DNA of 64,000 nt from a bacterium (GTDB taxonomy: Bacteria; Omnitrophota; Gorgyraeia; Zapsychrales; Zapsychraceae). Positions 56,406 through 64,000 of this stretch are shown piece by piece; within the stretch, counting starts at the first letter, position 1, and each line of letters begins with the position of its first letter. The notes under the pieces are model-generated. The model was not told the origin of the DNA, did no database searches, and saw only the letters and a list, made by a program, of their open reading frames with translations. The DNA is taken from assembly GCA_030429765.1 (NCBI GenBank), contig JAUIER010000003.1, positions 144,402-208,401 on the forward strand, read 5' to 3'. A program made the translations under genes and the position numbers.

Positions 56406-57437
56406 ATGAAACCATCCGATCGTTACACACATATCATCTGCACCATCGGTCCGGTCAGTTCCAATGAAGACATGATTGTCAAGATGGCTGAACGCGGCAT
56501 GAATGTCGCCCGGATCAATTGTTCGCACGGCACTCAGGCCCAGCATCAAAAGATTGTTGATTTGATCCAGGGAGTCAATGAAAAGCACGGATTTAACATT
56601 GGCATTCTCGTCGATCTAGAGGGATATCGGATTCGGATCGGCAAAATGAAAAAATCTGTTCCGCTGGTTCAGAATGACATCGTTTACATGGCCCGTCAGA
56701 TGGATAACGTATCCGATGCGATTCCGTTTGACTACGAGGAAGACCTGGACGCGATCACCAAGGGGTTGAATGTGTATATGGACGATGGGAATCTGCATCT
56801 TAGAGTAATGGATCGTGTAGGCAAGCGTCTGAAGCTGCGGGTTGTTGCCGGCGGTACGCTTAAAGAGCGTAAGGGGGTTAACATTCCGGGGCTGAAACTT
56901 CGGGCGAATATCGTGACGGATAAAGACAAGCGTTCGCTGGAATTTGCGATCAGGAACGGCGTCGCGATAGTCGCGCAATCCTTTGTCCGTAACCGAAAGG
57001 ACATTCTGCGCGTCAACAATATCGTGAAGCCCAGTTTACCGGAATGTCTGGTGGTGGCCAAGATTGAAAGTGAAGAAGGGCTTAAGAATGTCGAGGCGAT
57101 CGTCGAGGAATGCGACGGTATTATGGTGGCGCGCGGAGATTTGGGAGTGTCGCTGCCAATCTATAAAATCCCGATGATCCAAAAATATTTAGTGAATCAC
57201 GCGAATCGTCAAAAGAAGATGTCGGTCATCGCCACGCAGATGCTCGATAGTATGATTGAACGGGGATATCCGACACGGGCGGAAGTGTCCGACGTGGCAA
57301 ATGCAATTCTGGACCGGACGGACTATGTCATGCTTTCGGGGGAGACGGCGGTCGGAAAGTTTCCATCCCGCAGTGTGAAACTCATGAGTCAGATCGTGGC
57401 GTATACCGAACGCCACGCCAATATTCGTCCTCACTAA
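56406..57437 (+). CDS. pyk: Pyruvate kinase lacking the C-terminal domain
   Basis: IICTIGP, ARINCSHG, AKIE, MVARGDLG, ATQMLDSM, PTRAEVSDV, MLSGETA. Confidence 0.93.
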   Translation: MKPSDRYTHIICTIGPVSSNEDMIVKMAERGMNVARINCSHGTQAQHQKIVDLIQGVNEKHGFNIGILVDLEGYRIRIGKMKKSVPLVQNDIVYMARQMDNVSDAIPFDYEEDLDAITKGLNVYMDDGNLHLRVMDRVGKRLKLRVVAGGTLKERKGVNIPGLKLRANIVTDKDKRSLEFAIRNGVAIVAQSFVRNRKDILRVNNIVKPSLPECLVVAKIESEEGLKNVEAIVEECDGIMVARGDLGVSLPIYKIPMIQKYLVNHANRQKKMSVIATQMLDSMIERGYPTRAEVSDVANAILDRTDYVMLSGETAVGKFPSRSVKLMSQIVAYTERHANIRPH

Positions 57438-57456
57438 CGCCGTGTGCTGAAACGTT

Positions 57457-57978
57457 ATGATTGAAAATGAACTATTATTTTTGGGATTGTTGAAGGACGG
57501 ACCGAAGCATGGTTACGAGATCAAGCGTCTGATCGAAGAAGACTTGTCCCGGTTTGTGGGATTGAAGGTCAAGTCGATTTACTATCCGCTTAAGAAAATG
57601 GAAAAGCTCGGGCTGATCCGTAAAGACGCGGATCGCGAAGGAAAATTTCCCGAAAAAATGGTCTACAGTCTCACGCCCAAGGGTGAGAAAATCTTTGAAC
57701 ATTTGATCACGGAAAGTTTTCTGAGTATCGAGCGGCCCTATTTTGATATTGATTTATCCCTCTATTTTCTGCAGTACGTAGACAAAAAAATCGCCCGGCG
57801 TCAGCTGAGAGGAAGGGTGCTTTTTTTAAGGCGTATCAAGAGTGACCTGCAAGCCATCCAAAAAGCCACGGATCCTGACAAAAAACACTTGATGATTATT
57901 CTCGAACATGATCTGGATTTGGTGGAGGCTGAGATCAAATCCATCACCAAGCTCATGGGCGTTTTGGATGATGATTAG
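57457..57978 (+). CDS. PadR-family transcriptional regulator
   Basis: LGLL..GPKHGYEI, SIY..LKKME..GLI, YSLTPKG. Confidence 0.92.
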   Translation: MIENELLFLGLLKDGPKHGYEIKRLIEEDLSRFVGLKVKSIYYPLKKMEKLGLIRKDADREGKFPEKMVYSLTPKGEKIFEHLITESFLSIERPYFDIDLSLYFLQYVDKKIARRQLRGRVLFLRRIKSDLQAIQKATDPDKKHLMIILEHDLDLVEAEIKSITKLMGVLDDD

Positions 57979-58011
57979 CCGGTTATTGATCCAAGTCTTC
58001 CTTAATATTGC

Positions 58012-58063
58012 TTGACAATCGCTGTGAATCTAATAAAATCTAACTAGTAAAATTTTAATAGTT
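58012..58063 (+). promoter_or_regulatory. Promoter plus 22-bp palindromic operator candidate
   Basis: TTGACA-16nt-TAAAAT, then AACTAGTAAAATTTTAATAGTT (58042-58063, one mismatched pair). Confidence 0.6.
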
Positions 58064-58120
58064 TGGAACGAATTGCGATAAAATCATAAGTTATTTAACC
58101 GTATAGCTTTAGGTGGAATT

Positions 58121-59638
58121 ATGAAAACGATCTTCGATGTGCTCAATGAGGCAGAACGCGCATATTCCTCTAAGACCGCGCTGATTTTCAAAGATGAACA
58201 GATTTCATTCAAGGAACTGCAGGTTCGGGTCCACAAGACGGCCAACAGCCTTCGCTCGGCTGGGATCAAGAAGGGCGACAAAATAGCCTTTTATCTACCG
58301 AATTCGCCAGAATACGTGTATGCGTATCTGGCGTGTTTTTGTTTGGGGGCCGTTGGAGTCCCGCTGGACTACATGCTCAAGACCGAAGAGCTCGAGACGT
58401 GTATCGGACATTCGGAGGCCAAATTGCTGCTGGCTCAGGACCGTAAAGGGGTTGACCTGGCGGCGGTCAAATCTGCGCTGCCGACGCTCGAGCAGATTAT
58501 TCTCGTTAACAGCGAGCGGGAAGATTGGCCGCAGCTCGTCGATTTATGCCGCGAGGCGTCAGCTGAATTTGTCGCCGAGACGATTGTCGAAACCGACCCG
58601 GCGTTGATCATGTACACGTCGGGAACAACCGGCAAGCCCAAAGGCATTCTGCTCAATGTCCGGCATCTGCATGGCTCACCCGAGGCGATGGAGCATTTTG
58701 TTGATCTATCCGACAAGGATGTCAAACTGGCCGCTATTCCTTTCAGCCACATTGGTGGCTTTATCTACATTCAAAATTGTATCTTTTTTGGTATTTCATT
58801 GGTGATCATGGAACGGTTTAATCCGTTTGAATTCTTAGAGAAGGTGACACGTTACCACGTCACCTGTTTCCATATTGTTCCGCCGATGTACAATGCCTTG
58901 CTCACTCTAAAAGAAATCGACCGATTTGATCTGTCTTCACTGCGCTGGGTGGTGGTCTTTGGCGCGCCCAGTTCGCCGGAGATTCTTGAACGGTTTCATA
59001 AATATTGCCCCAATGCCAAGCTTTTGAATGGTTGGGGAATGACCGAGACAACCCCGCCGAATACTGTGACACCGATGGACAGTGACAACATTAAGAGTGT
59101 TGGAAAGTCGGCGCCGAATTGCGAGATCAAGATTTTCGATGACGCGGACAAAGAAGTTCCCGTCGGAGAAATCGGTGAGATCGTGATTCGCGGATGGGTG
59201 ATCATGGACGAATACTATAAAGATCCCGAAGAAACGGCGCGGTTGAAACGTAACGGCTGGCTGTACACCGGAGATTTAGGCCGTTTTGACTCGGATGGAT
59301 TTTTGTATATCGTCGGACGCAAAAAGGAAATGATCAAAGTCGGCGGTCAGATTGTATACGCCCCCGAAGTCGAGAGTGTCTTTTACAAACATCCTCAGGT
59401 TGTGGAAGTGGCCGCGATCGGTGTGCCCGATGGAATGAAGGGTGAAGTGGTCAAGGCCTTCGTCGTTCTCAAGGGTGAAGAAGAGGTTTCGCCGGAAGAT
59501 CTGCGGTATTTTGCCCGAGAGCATCTCGCCAACTTCAAGGTTCCGCAGTCGGTGGAAATCCGTCCGGAGCTGCCAAAAAATCGGACCGGTAAGATTGACA
59601 AGTCGGCCCTCAAATCAAGTGATCTAGTGAGTAAATGA
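58121..59638 (+). CDS. AMP-dependent acyl-CoA ligase (long-chain fatty-acid type)
   Basis: YTSGTTGKPKG, GWGMTE, TGD, GRKK, PKNRTGK. Confidence 0.93.
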   Translation: MKTIFDVLNEAERAYSSKTALIFKDEQISFKELQVRVHKTANSLRSAGIKKGDKIAFYLPNSPEYVYAYLACFCLGAVGVPLDYMLKTEELETCIGHSEAKLLLAQDRKGVDLAAVKSALPTLEQIILVNSEREDWPQLVDLCREASAEFVAETIVETDPALIMYTSGTTGKPKGILLNVRHLHGSPEAMEHFVDLSDKDVKLAAIPFSHIGGFIYIQNCIFFGISLVIMERFNPFEFLEKVTRYHVTCFHIVPPMYNALLTLKEIDRFDLSSLRWVVVFGAPSSPEILERFHKYCPNAKLLNGWGMTETTPPNTVTPMDSDNIKSVGKSAPNCEIKIFDDADKEVPVGEIGEIVIRGWVIMDEYYKDPEETARLKRNGWLYTGDLGRFDSDGFLYIVGRKKEMIKVGGQIVYAPEVESVFYKHPQVVEVAAIGVPDGMKGEVVKAFVVLKGEEEVSPEDLRYFAREHLANFKVPQSVEIRPELPKNRTGKIDKSALKSSDLVSK

Positions 59639-60426
59639 AAGGATTTCAGATGACACAGATGCAAAAAGAAGCGCACATGACCGGTCAGGATCTCATGGGG
59701 ATGGTGCAGTTACGGCCGGAAGATATCGGAAAATACGCGATCGTCCCCGGTCCGCGTGAACGGGCCGACGCCATCGTCGCCAAGATTACCGATCCCGTCA
59801 AGAATTTCAGCTTTATGGAATACACGATGCATACCGGGGACTACGAAGGCATTCGGTTGACAACGATCAACGGCGGACGTTTCGCGCCGGATACATCAAT
59901 CACCACGGAAATTCTGTGCAACGCCAAAGTCAACGGATTGATCCGGGTGGGCAGTTGCGGCGCGCTGCGGGAGGATATGAAGGTCGGCGACATCGTGGTA
60001 GTGGATACAGCAATCAAAGGGGATGGCGTTACGAAGTATTATGTTGATGACGAATTTGTGCCCAAGGCCGACGAGGCTCTGAGCAAGGCGCTCACGGAAA
60101 TCGCTCAGAATTCACTGCAGGCCAATGGGCTGATTGAGAACAAGGTTCATGTTGGACCATGCTGGACCACCGACGCGATTCTGCGTGAAACACGTGAGCA
60201 TGTTGGAAAGGCAGTTGATCAAGGCGCAATCGCGGTTGATATGGTGACCTCGGCGCTGTTGACGATTTGTCAGCTGTATAACGTACCGGCAGCGGTGATC
60301 CTGGCGGTGAGTGACAATGTCATCACCGGCGAGATGGGATTTATGAATCCGGATTATTACATGGCGGAAACGGCCATTATTAATATCGCGTTGGATGCCG
60401 TCAAACAGTTGGAAGCGGCGGCCTAA
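59635..60426 (+). CDS. Nucleoside phosphorylase (PNP/UDP family), paralog 1
   Basis: VPGPRERA, IRVGSCGAL, WTTDA, AVDM, AVSDN. Confidence 0.85.
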   Translation: MKGFQMTQMQKEAHMTGQDLMGMVQLRPEDIGKYAIVPGPRERADAIVAKITDPVKNFSFMEYTMHTGDYEGIRLTTINGGRFAPDTSITTEILCNAKVNGLIRVGSCGALREDMKVGDIVVVDTAIKGDGVTKYYVDDEFVPKADEALSKALTEIAQNSLQANGLIENKVHVGPCWTTDAILRETREHVGKAVDQGAIAVDMVTSALLTICQLYNVPAAVILAVSDNVITGEMGFMNPDYYMAETAIINIALDAVKQLEAAA

Positions 60427-60441
60427 TCGGAGGGATCAATT

Positions 60442-61206
60442 ATGTCGACGATGACCAAGGATATCTACTTATCAGGTAAAGAGCTCACCGAAATGGTTCA
60501 GCTGCGTCCCCAGGATGTGGGGCGCTACGCGATCGTTCCGGGGCCTCGTGAACGTCTGAAGGGAATTCTTTCCGGGGTCGAGAAGCCGATCAAGAACTTC
60601 AGTTTTATGGAGTACGAAATGCATACCGGTGAGGCCAACGGGATTCGGACAACATTTATGAATGGCGGCCGCTATTCGGCGGATACGGCGATCACCACCG
60701 AATTGCTATGCGCCGTGGAGATCTCCTACTTGTTCCGGTTGGGAACGTGCGGAGCATTGCGCGATGATATCAACATCGGAGATGTCGTTGTCGCGGAGAC
60801 CGTCTGGAGCCAAGATGGAGTGACACCGTTTTACACTGATCAGGATAAAGTCAACGCGGAATCCAATCCGGAACTCGTCGATATGGTTGTAGCCACCGTC
60901 GAGAAGGCCGGTCTAAGGGCGCATCGCGGGCGGGTTTGGTCGCATGATGCCCTCCTTCGTCAAACGCGCGATAGAGTTGAACAGGCCATCGCTGAAGGAT
61001 GTATCGCATCCGATATGGTCTCATCAGCTTTCCTGACGATTTGCGGGCAAAGCAAAATGGCGGGTGTGTCGATTTTGGCGGTGGGCGATAACGTGGTTCG
61101 CGGTGAGTTTGGATACATGGATACAAATTTTTATATGACGGAACATATGCTGACGCAGGTGTGTACGGATTGTATTCAGCAGTTGGAGTCCGCCGCCGGG
61201 GCATAG
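60442..61206 (+). CDS. Nucleoside phosphorylase (PNP/UDP family), paralog 2
   Basis: VPGPRER, RLGTCGAL, WSHDA, ASDM; colinear with paralog 1. Confidence 0.85.
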   Translation: MSTMTKDIYLSGKELTEMVQLRPQDVGRYAIVPGPRERLKGILSGVEKPIKNFSFMEYEMHTGEANGIRTTFMNGGRYSADTAITTELLCAVEISYLFRLGTCGALRDDINIGDVVVAETVWSQDGVTPFYTDQDKVNAESNPELVDMVVATVEKAGLRAHRGRVWSHDALLRQTRDRVEQAIAEGCIASDMVSSAFLTICGQSKMAGVSILAVGDNVVRGEFGYMDTNFYMTEHMLTQVCTDCIQQLESAAGA

Positions 61207-61211
61207 CTTGA

Positions 61212-62204
61212 ATGATGGCAAAGCAGGAACTTAAAATCAAGGAGTCGCCATTATTCTGGCCGGCGAAATTACGCGGATCAACATTGAAGGTTCTCGACGA
61301 GACGATGATCCCTTCAAAGATGACTTATGTCGACGTCAAGAATACAGCCGACGCGGTCAAGGTGATCCGTCAGATGCGGACCCGCGCATTTGGTCAGTTT
61401 TTGGTGGTGCTCAATACATTTTTACTCGAACTCAAGGGTAACAAGAGTTTGTCTGACAAGGCGTTGCTGGCGAAGCTCAAACGAACCGAGCAGAGTCTGA
61501 ACAACAGTCGTCCGACATTTCCGTTTGCCGAGGTCACATCGATTATCATTCGCTGGGCCGATGAAGCCTATTCCAAGCAACAAGATTTGCGTAAAGTTGT
61601 CAGCCGCAACGTGGAGGGCTATCTAAACGGTATTCGTCATCGTCGCTTGGACCGGGTCAACCGGGTGGCCGCGTTATTGCAGGACGGCGATAGTGTGCTG
61701 ACGCATTGCAATGTCAGCGGTGAGCTGGCCATGGCGGCACATATTGCGCAGAGTCAAAACCGGGATGTTCATTTTTTTGCCACGGAGACCCGTCCGTATA
61801 TGCAGGGTGCTAAGCTTACGGCCTGGGAGCTCAAACGGATGGGCGCGAAAGTGACGCTGATCGCCGACAATGCGATTGGTTCGGTGATGAATGACGAATT
61901 GGTGAACAAGGTGATTGTCGGGTCAGACCGCTCATGTGCGAATGGAGATTTTGCCAACAAGATCGGCACCTATCAGATCGCCGTGCTGGCCAAGGAATTT
62001 GAAATTCCGTTTTATGTGCTGACCCAGCCGTCGGACAAGATCAAGACGGGAGATGATATTCCAATCGAGATCCGAAATGCCAACGAACTTTTGACGTACT
62101 ATAAGAAGAAAATTGTCACGGGAGTCGTTAACGGATTTTATCCGGGGTTCGACGTTATCCCCAATGAATTGATAACGGAAACGATCGCCATCAATGTCAA
62201 CTAA
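61212..62204 (+). CDS. Methylthioribose-1-phosphate isomerase-like (MtnA/eIF2B family)
   Basis: LTHCN, ETRPYMQG.KLTAWEL, GSDR..ANGD.ANKIGTY. Confidence 0.88.
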   Translation: MMAKQELKIKESPLFWPAKLRGSTLKVLDETMIPSKMTYVDVKNTADAVKVIRQMRTRAFGQFLVVLNTFLLELKGNKSLSDKALLAKLKRTEQSLNNSRPTFPFAEVTSIIIRWADEAYSKQQDLRKVVSRNVEGYLNGIRHRRLDRVNRVAALLQDGDSVLTHCNVSGELAMAAHIAQSQNRDVHFFATETRPYMQGAKLTAWELKRMGAKVTLIADNAIGSVMNDELVNKVIVGSDRSCANGDFANKIGTYQIAVLAKEFEIPFYVLTQPSDKIKTGDDIPIEIRNANELLTYYKKKIVTGVVNGFYPGFDVIPNELITETIAINVN

Positions 62205-62724
62205 GACGCTAGACAACGATAAACCGGATCAGAAAGATGTCCTGAGTGAGTTCAAGGAATCTGTTGTACTGGTTCAGGGAATCCTCGACGCTGAATACTA
62301 TGATAAGATCATCAAGGATGGTCACAAAGAAGTCTTCGTGCTGGAGGGACGACCGTCACTGGAATCGGCTGAGTACTCATGTAAGCAGTTATTGCAGCGG
62401 AAGGTCAAGCCGACGTTAATCGCCGATAATATGGCGGGTTTTTTATTCTACAAAAATCTGGTGAAGGAAGTATGGTTGTCCTACCAGGTGGCGGATGAAG
62501 AGAAGGCGTTGTGCCAGGTCGGAGCCTTAATCTTGGGCGTACTAGGCAAGAAGCATGGTGTGCCGGTTAAATTGTTTCCGAGCTCGGAGAAACTGAATTT
62601 GGTCGGGCGTCAGCGTGAGATCTTTTACTTTAAAGGAATAAAAGTCGCACCCAGCAACATCCAGGGGTATGTGCCGCTGGCCGAGTGGGTGCCAATGAAA
62701 TATATCACCAAGGTGTATCGATGA
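62194..62724 (+). CDS. Degenerate MtnA/eIF2B C-terminal-domain protein
   Basis: VFVLEGRP...TLIADNMAG echoes ETRP...TLIADN of the upstream gene; no THCN. Confidence 0.65.
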   Translation: MSTKTLDNDKPDQKDVLSEFKESVVLVQGILDAEYYDKIIKDGHKEVFVLEGRPSLESAEYSCKQLLQRKVKPTLIADNMAGFLFYKNLVKEVWLSYQVADEEKALCQVGALILGVLGKKHGVPVKLFPSSEKLNLVGRQREIFYFKGIKVAPSNIQGYVPLAEWVPMKYITKVYR

Positions 62725-63740
62725 ATGAAGATCTGATACGGAAAAAAAAGAAAAATATTATCACCATCGGGCGGCTGCTCTGGGAGAAAGATCTGGCCAG
62801 CGGACTCAACGGCAATATCAGTGCCCGTTTGGATGAGTCGACGATTCTCATCACCGCGACCGGAACGTGTCTGGGGTTGTTGCAGGAAAAAGATATTCTG
62901 ACCATGCGGCTTGATGGTCAGTTGCTCGAGGATGGGAAGGTCTCGACCGAAAAGCTGCTTCATACCGAGATCTACAAAAATTTCGCGGAAACGCAGGCTG
63001 TGGTGCATACGCACACGACTTATACGAACGCTTATTTTCTCAGTCATGAAACACTGAAACCCCGCGTGTTTGAAACACGGGTATATTTGGGTGAAGTGAC
63101 GGGTGTTCCACAGAAGACGCCGGCGGTCACGGATGCCCAGCCGGTGATCGACGCGCTTGAAACCAACAACATTGCGGCGTTAAGAAATCATGGTGTGGTG
63201 GCGATGGGTAAAGAACATTTCGATTGTTTTCTGTTGATCCAGGCGCTGGAAGATGCCGCCAAGATCGATGCGATCAATCACATCTATACATCCGCCGGGA
63301 GCTCGGCCTCTGCATCATCTGCGGCGGATGCTTCGTCGTCGGATGACTCGGCAGCAAACGGTAAACGCTATAAGCTTTTTTCACCGGAGCAGATGGACGC
63401 GATTGTCGAATATGTGAATAAAGACGAAGAGATGCAGCAGTTGGGTAAAGAGACCCAGATGACATTTGATCTGGCCGTGCTATTAGACGAAACAGGTGAA
63501 TCATATTCCTTTGAATTTCAGGAAGGACGGATCGCGAATGTTCGTCAGGATGCCAAAGCCGAATTTGTCGTCTCGGCGCCGGAGAAGGTATGGCGGCAGG
63601 TGTTTAATCAGGAAATTGATCCGTTTGTTGCGACAACACAAAAGAAGATGAGTCTCGACGGTGACTTTGCGAAAATATCGCGCTGGTACGCGCCGTGCTC
63701 GCGGGTCTTTGAAATCTGGGCTAAAGTTCCAATCGAATAG
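62721..63740 (+). CDS. Class II aldolase/adducin fused to SCP2-like lipid-binding domain
   Basis: GNISAR, STEKLLH..IY, HTH, LRNHG; C-terminal AEFVVSA...W...IDPFVA....MSLDGD. Confidence 0.85.
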   Translation: MNEDLIRKKKKNIITIGRLLWEKDLASGLNGNISARLDESTILITATGTCLGLLQEKDILTMRLDGQLLEDGKVSTEKLLHTEIYKNFAETQAVVHTHTTYTNAYFLSHETLKPRVFETRVYLGEVTGVPQKTPAVTDAQPVIDALETNNIAALRNHGVVAMGKEHFDCFLLIQALEDAAKIDAINHIYTSAGSSASASSAADASSSDDSAANGKRYKLFSPEQMDAIVEYVNKDEEMQQLGKETQMTFDLAVLLDETGESYSFEFQEGRIANVRQDAKAEFVVSAPEKVWRQVFNQEIDPFVATTQKKMSLDGDFAKISRWYAPCSRVFEIWAKVPIE

Positions 63741-63756
63741 TGAGTAAAAATACAAG

Positions 63757-64000
63757 ATGACGGCCCTATCGACAAAAACTTTTGATGCGGTGAATCCGGC
63801 CACGGGAGAGATGTTTAGCCAGATTCCCGATATGTCAGTCGAGGAAATTCGGCAAGTGATCCAGCGTGCGCGTCACGGGTTTGATACAGGACCATGGAAA
63901 GATTTTAGTTTCGCTGAACGTGGCATCTACCTCAAGAAGATTGCGAAGCTGGTGCGGACGCATGCCAAGGAGTTGGCGGATTTGGAGATCAAGGATGTCG
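63757..64000 (+). CDS. Aldehyde dehydrogenase, N-terminus (runs off window)
   Basis: MTALSTKTFDAVNPATGE...ARHGF..GPW....AERG.YL.KIA....HAKELA.LE..D. Confidence 0.85.
   Translation, partial: MTALSTKTFDAVNPATGEMFSQIPDMSVEEIRQVIQRARHGFDTGPWKDFSFAERGIYLKKIAKLVRTHAKELADLEIKDV

Noticed and set aside
4493-63803. Numerous antisense and alternate-frame ORFs overlapping identified genes
   Set aside because: Shadow ORFs expected at this GC content; no motifs or RBS support.

Overview
Bacterial chromosomal window, mostly + strand, about 50-55% GC by eye except a low-GC island at ~270-4320. The giant-gene family and gene content suggest Omnitrophota (OP3); this is inference from recall, not a database result. 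Most of the window is housekeeping: trpBA, argS, recJ, rpmB, fbaB, gpmA, hflKC, prmA, moaC, thyA-folA, glgB/GH57/malQ, hldD, pyk. The main candidate for a new system is an 11.2-kb gene (40908-52103, 3731 aa). It has a signal peptide, an N-terminal cap and a short C-terminal cap, which bracket about nine cytoplasm-type cargo modules: HATPase, a 35-aa helical repeat, two RNAP alpha-CTD-like domains, an XRE HTH array, SAM methyltransferase, ADP-ribosyltransferase-like, kinase-like, GNAT-like and Fic. A D-x-A-M tetrapeptide (8 exact copies, 3 near copies) sits at the module boundaries. The C-terminus of a paralog, with the same DxAM plus GGI(D/N)F cap, is at the left edge. It is followed by a low-GC array of immunity-like genes punctuated by palindromic GGGGCTGWCCC and TTRGTGTCAG repeats. 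Also notable: an unannotated 57-aa ORF resembling the crenarchaeal chromatin protein CC1, an rsfS gene that appears to need an AUA start, and a DHAP-shunt-like nucleoside catabolic operon with lipid-handling parts downstream of a PadR gene. No rRNA, tRNA, CRISPR array or transposase was recognised.
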